A stretch of 63,492 bases of DNA, counting the filler, from Sphacelaria rigidula (Eukaryota), in assembly GCA_964200075.2 (NCBI GenBank). It is 8 parts of 8 records of this genome, joined end to end, with 100 filler letters (N's around TTAATTAATTAA, not from the genome) between each part and the next. Parts side by side here need not be neighbours in the genome. Positions count along the whole stretch, not along the records: positions 1 to 7,850 come from CAXNAA020013239.1; positions 7,951 to 15,799 come from CAXNAA020013240.1; 6 more parts are not named here. One strand, 5' to 3'. Positions 1-12,300 of this stretch are shown piece by piece. A program made the position numbers and the translations under genes. The stretch's first letter is position 1; each line of letters begins with the position of its first letter. The notes beneath the pieces were generated by a model. It was not told where the DNA came from and searched no databases. It saw only the letters and a list, made by a program, of their open reading frames with translations.

Positions 1-113
1 CGTGGGAATTCCCAGCTTCTCGTTGTGCTTGGCTTATCCCATTTTGATTTACGTGAAGATTTTGCCTCCAAAAACCATGCACTTTTGGGATTGGGGCTAT
101 CGAAGAAAGTGTC
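1..113. mobile_element. Right end of ~250-bp MITE family A (TIR GACACTTTCTACGATAGCCCC), inserted in a Copia LTR
   Basis: Ends in GGGGCTATCGAAGAAAGTGTC; the body matches copies at 10771, 23849, 33202 and 41754. Confidence 0.8.
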
Positions 114-868
114 TGGCGTGATCGCTAGAGTTGGTGCAATGGCACTTGAGCCAAGCAAGCAGACAGGCTGCTTTGGAGTGTAGACATAAGATAGTGTTCA
201 AGGTGCCCTTTGCGCGCAAGACAGTCCAAACAACCCACCGCGTTGAACGGTCAACCGAGAAGAGTGAGAGCAAGCCGACTACTGCTGTGCTCCATATCAG
301 ACCAAACTATTGTGAGCCGTACCGGCGATCCACACAATGCCTCCATACAAATACAATACCATACGAAGCGTTGACGAGAGTAAGCCCCACAACCTCATTT
401 CTAACACCCCCCTCCACGCGACTACAAGTCTTACTCCCTCACACTCCCCGTCAATGCAAATACATACTAGTTCCAACCACCCAGCTCAATACAACCGTCC
501 CGGCACTCAAGGACGGAATAAGAACGGGTCCCACAGCCAGACGGAACTCAGATTTTCAATGTCTTGATGATCTTGACGAGAGGGTAGTGCCTGTGTCTGC
601 TGAGGTCCTTGGTTCCTCTGTCGGCAAGTTGGTTTTCGGTCTCAACGTAACAAATGTCGATCCTCTCTTCCTTGACTTATTCCTTAATGAAGAAGTACCG
701 TAGGGCTACGTGCTTGACTCTCGAGCTGTAGGTTCGGTTGCCTGCGACGTGGAGAGTTGAAGTGTTGTCGATGTCAACGGGGACGGAGTCGAAGCGTGTG
801 CCAAATCTCATCTCCCGCATCTTGTTCGAGTACAATATGGCCTCCTTCATGGTGAGTGCAGCGGCCAC
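114..868 (-). mobile_element. Ty1/Copia 3' end: RNase H remnant, PPT and partial 3' LTR
   Basis: Minus-strand translation gives IDNTSTL...SSRVKHVALRYFFIKE and, after a frameshift, VETENQLADRGTKDL. PPT GGAGGGGGG lies at about 407-415 and is followed by the LTR start TGTTAG at 406. Confidence 0.85.
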
Positions 869-1228
869 TGTTCATATGAACGGGGACGCTGGGTGAACAT
901 GCACATGTGCTGATAGATTTATGCTGACGCACGGGTACTGGTAGTCAAGTGTTTGTGACTACAGTACCGTGCTCAGGCCGGCTGCGACACTGCCGCCTGC
1001 CCTCACTCCACATCTGATCCCTCTATCATAGGATTGACTCCGTCAAGGCACTCTCCAAAAATACAAAATATAAGACTATCTATGTTTCGCCACGGGCCAC
1101 GGAATACACTAGCGTTACAACCGGTTGGACATAATGGCAGATCAAGGTAGTAGGCCTGCTACAGTAGTCGGTGAGCAGGGTGTATTTGAGCAATTGGGGG
1201 AGGTGAATAGCCAGCTGAGTTCCATGGC

Positions 1229-1472
1229 TGTGACGAAATTACGCCGTCACATTGAGTATATAGTGGATCCTGGATGATGACCAGGAGACAAAGGCATCCC
1301 GTGGATGATGACCCTTGCTGTGTAGCCTAGGCCTGACGGTACGGGCTGCAGCTGTTTACTCCTGAATATTGCGATGTTGTAAAGGCTAACAACTGAAACC
1401 TGAGGCCAGTGGCACTGGGGAGTCCCTCAACAGCATTAGACGTTGCAGTACTAGCAACCTGCTGTCGTCACA
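1229..1472 (+). repeat. 5' LTR of the Gypsy element
   Basis: Direct repeat of 5330-5574 with TG...CA ends. Confidence 0.92.
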
Positions 1473-4400
1473 ATATCGATATTAGTGATAGTGCTAGTCG
1501 TGCTAGTTGTGCTATCGTTAGTCGCTGCTGAAAAATTTCAGCAGAGACGAGTCTGGACAGCTTAGGACATATTGCTTCATGGACACGTGAGGAAGATTCA
1601 AGCTGAGATAGCTGAACATAAAGGCGGCTGGCCCGTGATTGATCCAGACTGGAGACTTGCTGGAGCTGCGTGTAGCGGGAGTTTATAGGACCCCGCGGCT
1701 GTTGTGGTGCGGCGACGAAGGTAGATGTGAACTGTGGAGTTCGAGAAGGTTCACAAGCCTTCGATTAGGTCCGCTTGGAAATGTCGACTACAGAGGTACC
1801 GGCAATAGAGCCAGCGGAGAAGACCCTCAACCCCACTTGTTCGGAGAGAAGAGTTGCGGCCTCTCAGTTACGGGAATTTGTATTCTGAGTGTGCTTATCG
1901 TTCGTTTATACGAAATACGTAGAATACAAGAAGCGGGTGGAGCATGCGAATGCGGGGGGGTGCCGTAAAGCATCAGGTGGTTTCCATGGCGCAACTCGTG
2001 CCTACCCCCCTCCAACGTATTTTTGCGAGGAGACTCCATGAGAAGCGCACAACAACGCCACCGTAATTGATTGCGGCGATCAAAAAACATGCTGGGCATG
2101 CGGCGGGCACTTGCCACTGTTGTGGTCAGGTCGGCCATCACGCGCGCGATTGCCTAAGGTCTTCCGGTTGAAAGTATGGGCAGTCTCATGCCGCACGCCA
2201 TCAGCGTCGTCAGCACAAGGACAAAATACGAGGTAATCGTGATGGCGGCGTCAGCAGGGGTCCGGTTCTGGGTCCGACTCAGCCACAGGGGCTGCTGCTC
2301 CGCAACGGGCGGTGCAGGTGGGACCGACCACTCTAGTGTCGGGCTCAGTGCCGGCGCCGCCGGTAGCAGAGCAAGGCGAGACGCCTGCTGCTGAGCCGGC
2401 CGGATTTCAGCTGAAATTCGGATCCGCTGTTGCGTCGGCCGGAGTACCGCTGAAATTTGGTTCTGCGGGCGGGGCTTCGTACCCGCCGGCGGTGCCGGTG
2501 ACCCCAGCGAGGGCGTCTATGCCTGCGCCGCACGCGCAGCCGTAGCGTCAAGTGGGGATCACGGCCAATCAGTCGGCGGAGCAGGTGCCGGTCGAGTATC
2601 AAGGCAAATGTATTCCTGCAAAGTTGTATCTCCCAAGTCAACCGGCGCGGGGAGCCATTGCAGTAGAGGCTAAGAGGGATTCTGGCGCCCACTGGACGGG
2701 TCATGTGAGTCTGTCGGTACAGATTGTAGAGATATTTGAGCGTCTTCTCCCGGGTGTGCCGCTGCGCACTCCGTTTTCGCTCGGGGCGCGGCAGGCCGTC
2801 ACCGCGTCGGGTCAGCATCCCTACGTCACAGAGCGTACTGTTCCGCTGCAGCTGACTTTGATGACTTCCTGGGGGCCGACGCAGGTGGCTCCGATATCGT
2901 TTGCGATAATGCCGGGGTCGGGTGGCGTTATTCTCCTGGGGTTGCCGATGGTTCAGGATATCGGAGTCAACGCTTGGCGATTGTAGGACTCCATGAAGAC
3001 GCGGATGTCTCCGCCTGGTCCACGCTTGGAGATGCCCGCCGGTTTGGGCAGTCGTCGCGTGAGCTTGTCGGTGGATACTTTTCAGGAGGATGGAGGGCAG
3101 GTGACCGAGGAGCGGGATGCGGCGGAAGAGGAGTCCGCTCGGAATGTCGCACTGGAGGAGAGCGTGACGGATGCTGGGGCGAAAAGCCTCAGCGTCTCAA
3201 AAGCGAAGCCCTGCGCGGCTTATTGCATTGCCGCGTCAACGCGTTTCGTCGTGCGCTGCGGGGTGATCCCGCTGCGCGCGTGGAGCCCATGTGTGTTTAG
3301 CTCAAACCTGGGGTGTCCGCGGCGAAGACGAGGCCGCGGCGGTCCGATCCAGTGAAGACGAGTTGGTTGGCGTTGTGCATGGCGGCTATTTTGGCGCTCG
3401 GGTTGGTGTTACGGAATTTGCAGGCGGGGTGGTCCAGTCCAGATATGGCGTTTCCCAAGAAGGCTGCATCATGGACGGAGGGCAGGCTGCAGACGTGGGC
3501 GGCAGCGAAGAATCTCTGGTGGCTCATGCCGTGACGCTGCTCCATCCTCGTCCCGATTGTCAGCTGTCATACTTTGCGGATGTATTTGAGTGCCATTGGG
3601 GTAGTTTGGTCATGCAGGTGCCTACAGTTGGAAGTGAAATGCCTGTGCACGCTGTGGCTGTGTATGGTCCGTGTGAACCTGATGACTCGATGCCGTTCAA
3701 ATCTGTTATCCGCCAAGCGCAACGAAAAGACCTCGGGGCCGAAGATGCGGATGTGCAATATTTCGAGTCGGACGTTGGTACTGCTATTTTGGACAATGAA
3801 GGTCTATTTTGCACGTGCGTGACCGAAACGTTTAGTGGATTCCGAGTTCTGACAAGCAGTTGCAGGTACGTCCGATGATTTGCGCGCACATGCGCGACGC
3901 CGAGAATCGTGGTGTGGCTGCGACACTCGTGCGCTCGTGAGAGTTTTGTGTCTAGCAGGGGATAGAAACTCATGTGCGCGAATTTGTCCGCCAGTATCTT
4001 TACTGTGCTGATTTGATGACGGGCGATGTTGTTCCTCGCCCGCTCGGCGAAGTGGTCCATGGGACCACGCCGAATGAAGTCGTTCATTTTGACTTCTTGT
4101 ACGTGGGTGAGAGTGGCCCGCTAGCTTCCCAAAGTTTGTCGGAGAATGCTGGGTTCCGATACATTTTGGTAATCATTGATGATTCGGGCAACTTTGTGGC
4201 TCTGGAACCAGTAGCAGTGTGTACTGCTGAATCGACCGCTGTATCTTTGCTGAATTGGTGAAAAACTTTGGGGATGCCCCGTGTGTGGGCGAATGATACC
4301 GCCATGCATTTCAAGAATGCGGTTTTGGTCCAATTGCGAGAGGCTTTGCGCGTCGATCCCCAGTTTGCGGTAGCGTTTTCTCCGTGGCCTGACGATACGT

Positions 4401-5329
4401 GCGAACGCATGGTCAAGGAAGTAGCTCGTGCTCTTCGCTCCATTCTTCTCGAGCAGCGTAGAGCGGTTTCCGAGTGGGTAGACGTGTTGCCGGCGGTGCA
4501 ATGGGCGCTTAATACAGCGTATCGTCGTCGTTATGATTGTACGCCCTACCACGGGATGTTTGGTCGCGCTCCTCGGACACCTTTCTCGGCGCTGGCGTCT
4601 TCGTCGGCGGGGAAATGGAAGTGTGATATTTTGGACGATGTTCAAGTTAAGAGTGCATTACAAGGAGTCTTGGAGTTGCAAGAACGTTTCCACGTTCAAG
4701 TGCAGGAACGTGTTGCCGCTGAACGTGCGCGCAGACGTGAGGGGTCTTCGTCGGGGCTGGAATTGCCGAATTTCGAGGTGGGCGATTCGGTTTTGTATAC
4801 ACGCGTGCGTCACCCGGGAGTAACGCCTAAATTGATGGGGGCGTGGACTGGACCGTGGAGAGTGGTTGGTGCTCATCACCCGCATGTGTTTGAGACCCGA
4901 AACATTGTTTCGGGTCGTGTTCAGACCACCTACGTAGCTCGTCTGCGTTTTTATGCAGACTCATAGCTTAATGTAACGGCAGACGTGAAGTATGTGTTTT
5001 AGCACGCTTTCAACCAGGGGCAATTTCACATTGCTAAGATTGTTCGCGTGGCACGCGTGGCAGAGGCAGAGGATCGTTCGTTGATCGTGTTGGTCGACTG
5101 GGTTGGTTTTCAAGTCGAAGAGTGTACGTGGGAGCCTTTTCAAAATATTTTTGAGGCTGCTCCGAACTTTCTCAAAAAAGAGTTGCGTAAGGTGCGAGTG
5201 ATTCGTTCCATTGCTGCTCGCATTCCGCGTGAGCTTGGGATTCAGTTGTGACTTGCTCAATCGTTTTGGCGTTATTTTCCGAATGTCAAGCTTGTTGCTC
5301 GATTCTCGTTCAACGCGCTTTGGGGGTGC

Positions 5330-5574
5330 TGTGACGAAATCACGCCGTCACGGTTGAGGATGTAGTGAATCCTGGATGATTACCAGAGGGCAAGGGCATC
5401 CTCTGGATGATGAACCTTGCTATGTAGCCCAGGTCTGACGGTACGGGCTGCAGCTGTGTACTCCTGAATAATGCGAAGTTGTAAAGGCTGACAACTGAAA
5501 CCTGAGGCCAGTGGCACTGGGGAGTCCCTCAACAGCATTAGACGCTGCAGTACTAGTAACCGGCTGACGTCACA
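5330..5574 (+). repeat. 3' LTR of the Gypsy element
   Basis: Direct repeat of 1229-1472, preceded by a G-rich tract (TGGGGG). Confidence 0.92.
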
Positions 5575-7763
5575 TGGCTAAGCTACTGCGTGATTTGCAG
5601 TCAAACCAAGCTGCATTACAGAGTGATACGAACGATGTGAGGGTAGTAAGAGAGGCCTGGGGTGTCCTCGATAGTGATGGTTCCCATAGTCAACAGGGGG
5701 AATCCAACACAAACAGGACAGTGGAGCGGCATGGTGCCGGAGTTCGAAGAGACCGACGGTACATCGGGAGTCAAGCTGTTCCGGAGGAAGGAGCGCGCGA
5801 CGCAGGGGACAACGAGGCCACAAGTGACGGAGCTAGTGGCTTTGTCCCCGCACGTGAGTCAATCTTAATAGACGATGCGAGTGGAAATGTGTCAGGGGTT
5901 CCCACTTTTCGACAGAACGTCCCAAAAATTCCAGGGAAGAACGCAGATTATGCTCGGTACGGACATAGGCTGGTCAACTTCGCGAGGGGCGAAGGAATTG
6001 ACTGGGTATTTACCATGGCCGGCAATAATTCGCACGAAGTAGATGTCGGTGACCCTAAATTAGCACTGGGGTATCTAGAAACTAGATACGAGAAGGACAC
6101 AGAGGCAGCCCACGTGAGGGCGAGACGGGTGCTTGTTGCCAATTAAGAAGGAAAGAGGGAGCAAGATATTTTGCCCAGAGTCCACTCACCTGGAGTGGTT
6201 CGGAAAAAAACTCGCGGATGTCCTTCGCCCCAAAACAAATTGGGCGAGAACCGCTTGTCGGAAAAATTAGAAACAAAAAACAATGATGGAGTCAAGATTG
6301 GTGTTCGTGATGATCCAGAGCAAAAGGTGCTCGAGATGGAGGAAACTGCACGATACCTGAACTCATACGAGGAACATCAACCCCTAAGCGAAAGCCACAT
6401 CCTTTTGAAATACCTAAACGAATTGCCTTTCGAGTATTACGTTCAGAAGCAGTTGCTGGGGGGTCGAGAGGGGCCGCTGACACGTGAGGTTGTGCTAATC
6501 TCGGTCCAAAAGTGCTTCAAATCGACCGCTTTGAAGCAGGAACTTGCCCGGGGAAAGAAGTCATCCCCGGGCGACCAGGGTCTCCTTGCCAGGGGTGGGA
6601 CCGGAAAACCGAGCGGTGCACACCGCAAGGGAAAACCGAGAAAATCCAAGGCTCTGGTCAGAAAAACGGCGGGAGCCAGAGTTCTAGTAGCTCTGGGTCG
6701 GCATCGTCGGACGGCAAACCGGCGACTGTGAAGCTGCTCCGCTGCCACGTTTGCGACGAGGACATGACGCACCGAGCCAGGAACTGCCTGAAGAGATACG
6801 GCGGGAGGTGCGGTCAATAGGGCACACGTTCTGAGACTGTCCGAGATCGACAGCAAAGAAAGAAGATGTGGCGATGGCGATGGGCGCGGCCGACGACAGC
6901 AACAGCTCCTCCGTTTGTTCGGTGGCGGACGGGGAGGTTTTCACCTCTTTCGACACCCCCATCAACGGCGAAACAGGCCAGTATGCATCGAGTGTTGGTC
7001 GGGGGGAGGGGTGATGGACAGTAAGGTGAGGGCGAACCGCGGTTATTTGACACGGGGGCTACCCAGCACTTTCCCCACGATTCCCATGGGATGATGGAGT
7101 ACAGAGAGTGCCTGGGTAGGGTACTACGGTGCGCGGGTGGTAGTACTTACCCGATCATAGGCAGAGTAAATTTGTCTCTTGCCTTCAGATCTGACGGACA
7201 GGATGTGATGCTCATGTAAATGGATGTTGACCATGTACCTGATGCCCGTCATCACCTCTTGTCACTCACGAGGATCCAAAATATGGGACACACCTACACT
7301 GGTTTTCGTGCAGGTTTCAGGGTAGATCTCATTTCAGGCAATACACTGAAAATGCCCGGGCAACCACGCCAACTAAAAATGTACGCCCGCCGCCTCGACC
7401 AACGTGGTAGTGACAAGTGTGCTTCGGCATATGCTGTTGTTGCCCTGGGGGCTTCGCCTAGCCCCCAGATCGCTGACATAAACGAATTCCACTGTGCCCA
7501 CGCCCACGTCCACGAGGACTTACTGCGAAAGATGGCGAAGCAGCAGGGAAAGCAGCTGGCTGGGGAGCTGCAGCCCTGCCGCGGCTGCTCAGAGGCGAAG
7601 GGACTGCGACGGCCGATTCCAAGATCGACGCACACGAGAGCAGCCAAGTCAGCGTCCAGGGTGTTTGTAGGTCTTTCCGGCCCGAAACCAGCCCAGTCTT
7701 ACGGAGGGAAGTCATACACGACGATAGTCCGAGATGATCACTCACGGCACACGAAGCTATACT

Positions 7764-7850
7764 GAGCCATCCTACGATAGGGGGGGTGTACTCATGATCA
7801 TGCTTGCCATAGATATCAGACCATTGACCTCGCATCCCTACAAAGCCGGG
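7764..7850 (+). mobile_element. Left end of MITE family B (TIR GAGYCATCCTACGAT); related bodies at 8226-8323, ~10130-10222 (-), 37222-37320 and 47696-47784 (-)
   Basis: GAGCCATCCTACGATAGGGG is followed by the core GTACTCATGATC...CATTGACCTCGCATCCCTACAAAGCCGGG, which recurs in four contigs. The copy ending at 47784 carries the same TIR. Confidence 0.75.
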
Positions 7851-7950
7851 NNNNNNNNNNNNNNNNNNNNNNNNNNNNNNNNNNNNNNNNNNNNTTAATT
7901 AATTAANNNNNNNNNNNNNNNNNNNNNNNNNNNNNNNNNNNNNNNNNNNN
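7851..7950. other. Artificial contig-joining spacer (N44-TTAATTAATTAA-N44); identical spacers at 15800-15899, 23749-23848, 31698-31797, 39647-39746, 47596-47695 and 55545-55644
   Basis: The same 100-bp spacer, with a six-frame stop linker, occurs 7 times. The segments between them are 7850, 7849 (x6) and 7848 bp, as expected for length-sorted contigs. Confidence 0.97.
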
Positions 7951-8045
7951 GGCAGCCCCGGGGCGTGTTGGTTATCTTGGAGGGGGGGGCGGGCGACGAG
8001 GGGGTGGGGGGGGGGGCGGGCGGGGGGGGGGGGGGGGGGAGGTGG

Positions 8046-9309
8046 GGCGTACTCATTTGTTGCTTGCCTTAGTCGTTTGACAATTGACCACGCATCCCTT
8101 TCGAGACGGAGCAATTGTAGGCTGTCATCCAAGTGCAAGGTAATCAGTAGGCTTCGGGGGGAGGGGGGGGGTCTGCAGGGAAGGAAGGTATCGACACCCT
8201 ATCCCTTTTCGTGTGTGTGTCTGTGGGGGGGTACTCATGATTGTGCATGCCGCAGTCATAGGAGCATTGACTTCGCATCCCTACAGAGCCGGGACGGAGC
8301 ACGCCGGGTTTTTGCCGGACCAGGGGGGTAGAGGGGGTTTCAGTCGTGTTGTACTAATAAGCGAAGCTTATGTTCCTTTTGGTCGTTTGGCGTAAAATGA
8401 GAAGATTTTCCGCGTGTTCGGCGAATTTTCTCTCAGGTCTTGTGGCGAATAGTGAAAGCATGAATCCTTTCCGTTTTTTTTTTTTCTTGTCTGTTCTTTA
8501 CCCGCTTCCTCCTCCCTTCCTCTCACATTGAGCTGTCGATATTTCTTTCTTTCTTTCTTTCTTTCTTGATGAGTTGATGAATGAAACAATTAACGCATAA
8601 TTCGACTTTTTGATCGATCAGTCAACTGACTGATCAATTAATTAATCAATTGATTCATTATTTCATTTGTTTTCTTCATTTGTTTTCTTCATTTTTATTT
8701 CTCGTTTACTTTCTTACTCTTATTTACTTTTTGATCTTATGTTTTTCTTCCTGAAATACTCTTTTTCAAGGCGTTTTCTCTCATGAACGGCGGCCGCGGA
8801 CGGCAAACAGTGCTGATCGAAGGACCTATGCTGCGAGGACCCGGCGACATCTCCGCTCTTATGAGCTTCATCAACGGAAGCCTTCGCGACATGTACGCCA
8901 ACCTCTCCTTTCGGTTCGGGAGTGAAAAGTCACGGACTGTGCACATACGTGTAGATGCATGCGGTAATGTTCCAAGTCGTGGACACTCGCGAAACCATGA
9001 GCAACATTCGTGTTGGGGACGGTCGTGCCCTGTGAGGCGGGGTAAGGAGGGGACGGGGGACGGGGGCGTACTCATTCGTTGCTTGCCTTACTCGTTCGAC
9101 CATTGACCAAGCACCCCTTTCGAGACGGAGCAAGGAGGGGGGGCGTTCTCATGTGTTGCTTGCCTTAGTCGTTTAACCATTGACCACGCATCCCTTTCGA
9201 GACGGAGCGAGCGGAGCAAGGAGGAGGGAAGGGGGAGGGGGGGGGTGCTCTTTTATTGCTTGCCTTGGTCATTCGACCGTTGACCACGCAATATTCTGAG
9301 ACGGAGCAC
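8046..9309 (+). repeat. Four ~65-bp direct repeats (8046-8112, 9066-9131, 9144-9208, 9246-9309), each preceded by a G-run
   Basis: Unit GTACTCATTYGTTGCTTGCCTTAGTCGTTTGACCATTGACCACGCATCCCTTTCGAGACGGAGC, a variant of the MITE B core. Confidence 0.8.
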
Positions 9310-12300
9310 CGGTCGTATTCCTATCACTCTATATACGTTCACCATTTGGATGATCATAACGTTTCTTCCATACATTACACCGAAACGTTTTACATCTCTC
9401 ACCCCCTTCCTGTTTCGCTGGCGAGGGGTGGGGTTGGTGGGAAGAGAGTTGGTTTGTTAGGTTTCTACACTAGTAGAGGAGGCCATATTGAAATCGTATC
9501 ATTGTAATCTGTTACTCACTCCATTGACGCCCCTGGGCGCCAGACCTCCTTTCGCAACAATTTCGAGGGGACCTAAAGAAGTGTACGTGAACAACAGTTG
9601 TGCCGACGATGAAGCGGACATGTGCGAGGCAACGACCCGGCGGACTTGGATCCCCCTGTTTTCACGAAGATGTCGTGTCTTTCATCTCAAAAACATTCCC
9701 CCCCCCGCCCCCCCCTGTTTGCGTCTGTTGGCAATGACCCTGTAAAACCCGTCACTAACTGCGTAAGCTAGGCAACCCGGTATACTTTTTATTTCTGCGG
9801 GTTTGCGTATTTTTTGCTGTAACCATAACGATGTTCAAGCTATGTCATATTGTGCGGGGTGGGAGAACCTCAATTTCACGCAAAAGGGATGATCATACCG
9901 CGTCGTGTTACAATGGTGAGAGAGACACCCATGAGGTGGTGTGAAAGCCGTGGCTGTCTCTGGAAGTGGCGATACCCGAAGAAGAAGCGACTCATTGGAG
10001 GCTGTCATCCAAATGGAAGATGACAGGTAGTCTTCGGGCCGAACAATCTCACCAGGATGCAGCTCACCTTTCATGCGACTCGCCGAATACATCGCGGCGC
10101 TTCGCGCTTGGTGATTAATTGCGAGCCTAGTCCCGCGAAAACCCGGCGTGCTCCGTTCGGGCTTTGTAGGGATGCGAGGTCAATAGTCCCATGACTACGT
10201 CATGCAAGATCATGAGCAACCCGCTTATTGGGTTGGCGTCGGTTGGCGACGACGCTGTCAAACACGCCACTCAGTGCGTAAGCTAGGTAACCAGGTTACC
10301 GTTGTTTTTGCGCGCTCGCGTTTTTTTTTGCGGCGACCGTGATGGTGGTCGAGCTAGATCATGTTGTGCGGGGTGGGAGAACCTCAACTCCGCGCGAAGG
10401 GGATTATCGTACGACGTCGTGTTCTTCCCGTCATGTTCTTGTGTACAGGAGCATCGTATGCATGGATCACTTGAGAAATGTATCGAACTCACTGTTCCAT
10501 ACGGACTTCGCCGATCACTAATGATGACCAAAATAATCAGCGTTTGCTTACTAACGATGCTCTTCGCGCTGATTGATGAATGCTCCAAGCACTTAAGCGA
10601 TTTCACGTTCCGCCCATATCCTGCGGCAACGCAACAGGCCTCGCATCAACCGATTCAAGTACGTGAAAAATGGCGTCATGTTCGACACGCCGGCAGCCAT
10701 GGCGGACGCAACTGTGGATCGAGTCAGGGCGGTACTGGTGCGTCTTGATATGTAGAGATGTGTATATGTAACACTTCCTACGATAGCCCCCCCTCCCTTG
10801 AAAAAAAAACAGCCCAAAACTGTCACGAAGAAAATTGTTGTGAAGCACCTGATGTTTGTATTCAGGCTGCGTGAAGCGCCTGATGCGGGCGACATTGGCC
10901 AAAACGAACTCAAGCGTGGGAATTCTCAGCTGCTCGTTGTGCCCGGCCTTCATCATTTCAATTTACGTGCAGATTGTGTTTCCGTCCAAATCGGCGTGTG
11001 ATTGTGTGATTGTAATCATTGTTGTTGTTATTGTTCTTGTTTTTGTTGTTATTTTTTCGGCCCGTGAAAGCCCGATTTACCAAACCCACGGTGACCTACG
11101 TAAAGAAACAAGAAGTACATGATGGAGAAGCAACGGATATTCTCACGGTCGAAAGTCGGTGGAGCCGCCCTTATTTTTTTTTTATGCTTTTTGCGCGGAC
11201 GAAGGGAGGTCAGAGGGTGGTGCAGTACTTTGGTTGGTGCGTGCATGCATTCGTGTGCTTTGCGTCTTGGTTGGTTGGTATCGTGATCGACCGGCAGTCG
11301 TAGCCTACTCACCGTTGTCGTGAGCGATTATGGTTGATGTGTCGATGTTGTAGAAGCACCTTCTTAAGAGCTGCATACCTTTTTGTGGCGTATTTTGTTG
11401 TGGTCGCTCGGATGACTGCAACTTTTTATTTTTTATTTATTTTTGCATTTTTTTGCTCATCTTCATACTCTCTTCGGTCTTCCTTACGTCTATGTGCTTC
11501 CCCTTTGCTGCCCTTTTCCCTTTTCCCCCACATGTTTGCTGGACCGTCGCGCGCGGGGGGAAACTCATGCGCGGACAAACCACGTTGTGGGCGGGAAAAT
11601 TGCTGCTGTCCGGATTTTCTTCCAGTCGTCCGACCACACGTACAAAAACGCGGAGGTGAAAGCCGTACGTGTCTTGTTCTTCATGAGTGCGTTAGTCAAA
11701 TAAATGGGTCACTCAGACCCGCTATCGAGAGTGGAGACGCCCTGAGTATGCGTTAACTTTCGGCGTTGTTTGGTTAGTTGGTGAACTAGCAATAAAACTT
11801 GATACCTTGGGAACCCAGTGACAGCATTCGTTTTTGTGAATCGGCATAATTTTGACTTGAAAATGACTGAAAAGGATGCCGATTTATACAAAACAAATGT
11901 CAGCACTGGATTCCCAAGGGGTTAATCTGTTATAGGTTGTTTTTATCTCTAATCTCCGTTTTTTTTCTTTTTTTTACCCCCAAGGTCGACATCGCGCGAG
12001 AGGTGCACGGGGCGTTGGACATGTCATCGAACCAAAGCTACTCGACTCTGATGGGCACCAAAAACTTCCGCGGGCGACGCGGGGGAAACGGTGGCGGGAG
12101 CATGGGGGGAGGTACGCGTAATATTTGTCCCGTTCTTGAGAGTATATTTCACCGCTCGTTCTCACCGTGTGTGTCTCCGTGTTTGATAGCGTTCTCTCAT
12201 ATCGTGTTTGGCATGCTGCTCGGCTCACCCTGGCACCACTTTTTCACCACGATAACGGGATGATTCTTCACGTTACGAAATCACCATCCGGTACTTGGCC

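Larger units (their letters stand above)
1229..5574 (+). mobile_element. LTR-bounded Ty3/Gypsy (chromovirus-like) element lacking the RT and RNase H cores; 4-bp TSD TGGC
   Basis: LTRs at 1229-1472 and 5330-5574 (TGTGA...TCACA, about 90% identical by eye). TSD TGGC at 1225-1228 and 5575-5578. Zn knuckle CHCCGQVGHHARDC (~2112), protease-like RDSGA ORF (2552-2986), integrase (VVHFDFLYVG, VWANDTAMHF, CERMVKEV) and chromodomain (VLVDWVGFQVEECTWEP). Confidence 0.92.
869..7763 (+). mobile_element. Degenerate Ty1/Copia element (putative 5' LTR 869-1119, gag, protease, integrase start) interrupted by a Gypsy insertion at 1229-5574
   Basis: TG...CA segment at 869-1119. The gag ATG at 1134 reads MADQGSRP...QLSSM and continues in frame as AKLLRDLQ once the Gypsy is removed. 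Zn knuckle CHVCDEDMTHRARNC (~6743), protease LFDTGATQHF (~7043), pre-integrase HCAHAH...CRGC and integrase start RVFVGLSGP...IVRDDHSR. Many stops and frameshifts. Confidence 0.85.

Noticed and set aside
9066-9309. CRISPR-like repeat-spacer array
   Set aside because: The units are ~65 bp, the spacers are G-runs, the context is a eukaryotic intron and there are no cas genes.
11071-11666. Additional exons of the RGG-tail gene (~9544, ~11071, ~11626)
   Set aside because: Candidate AG/GT sites exist, but frame and boundaries cannot be fixed without transcripts.
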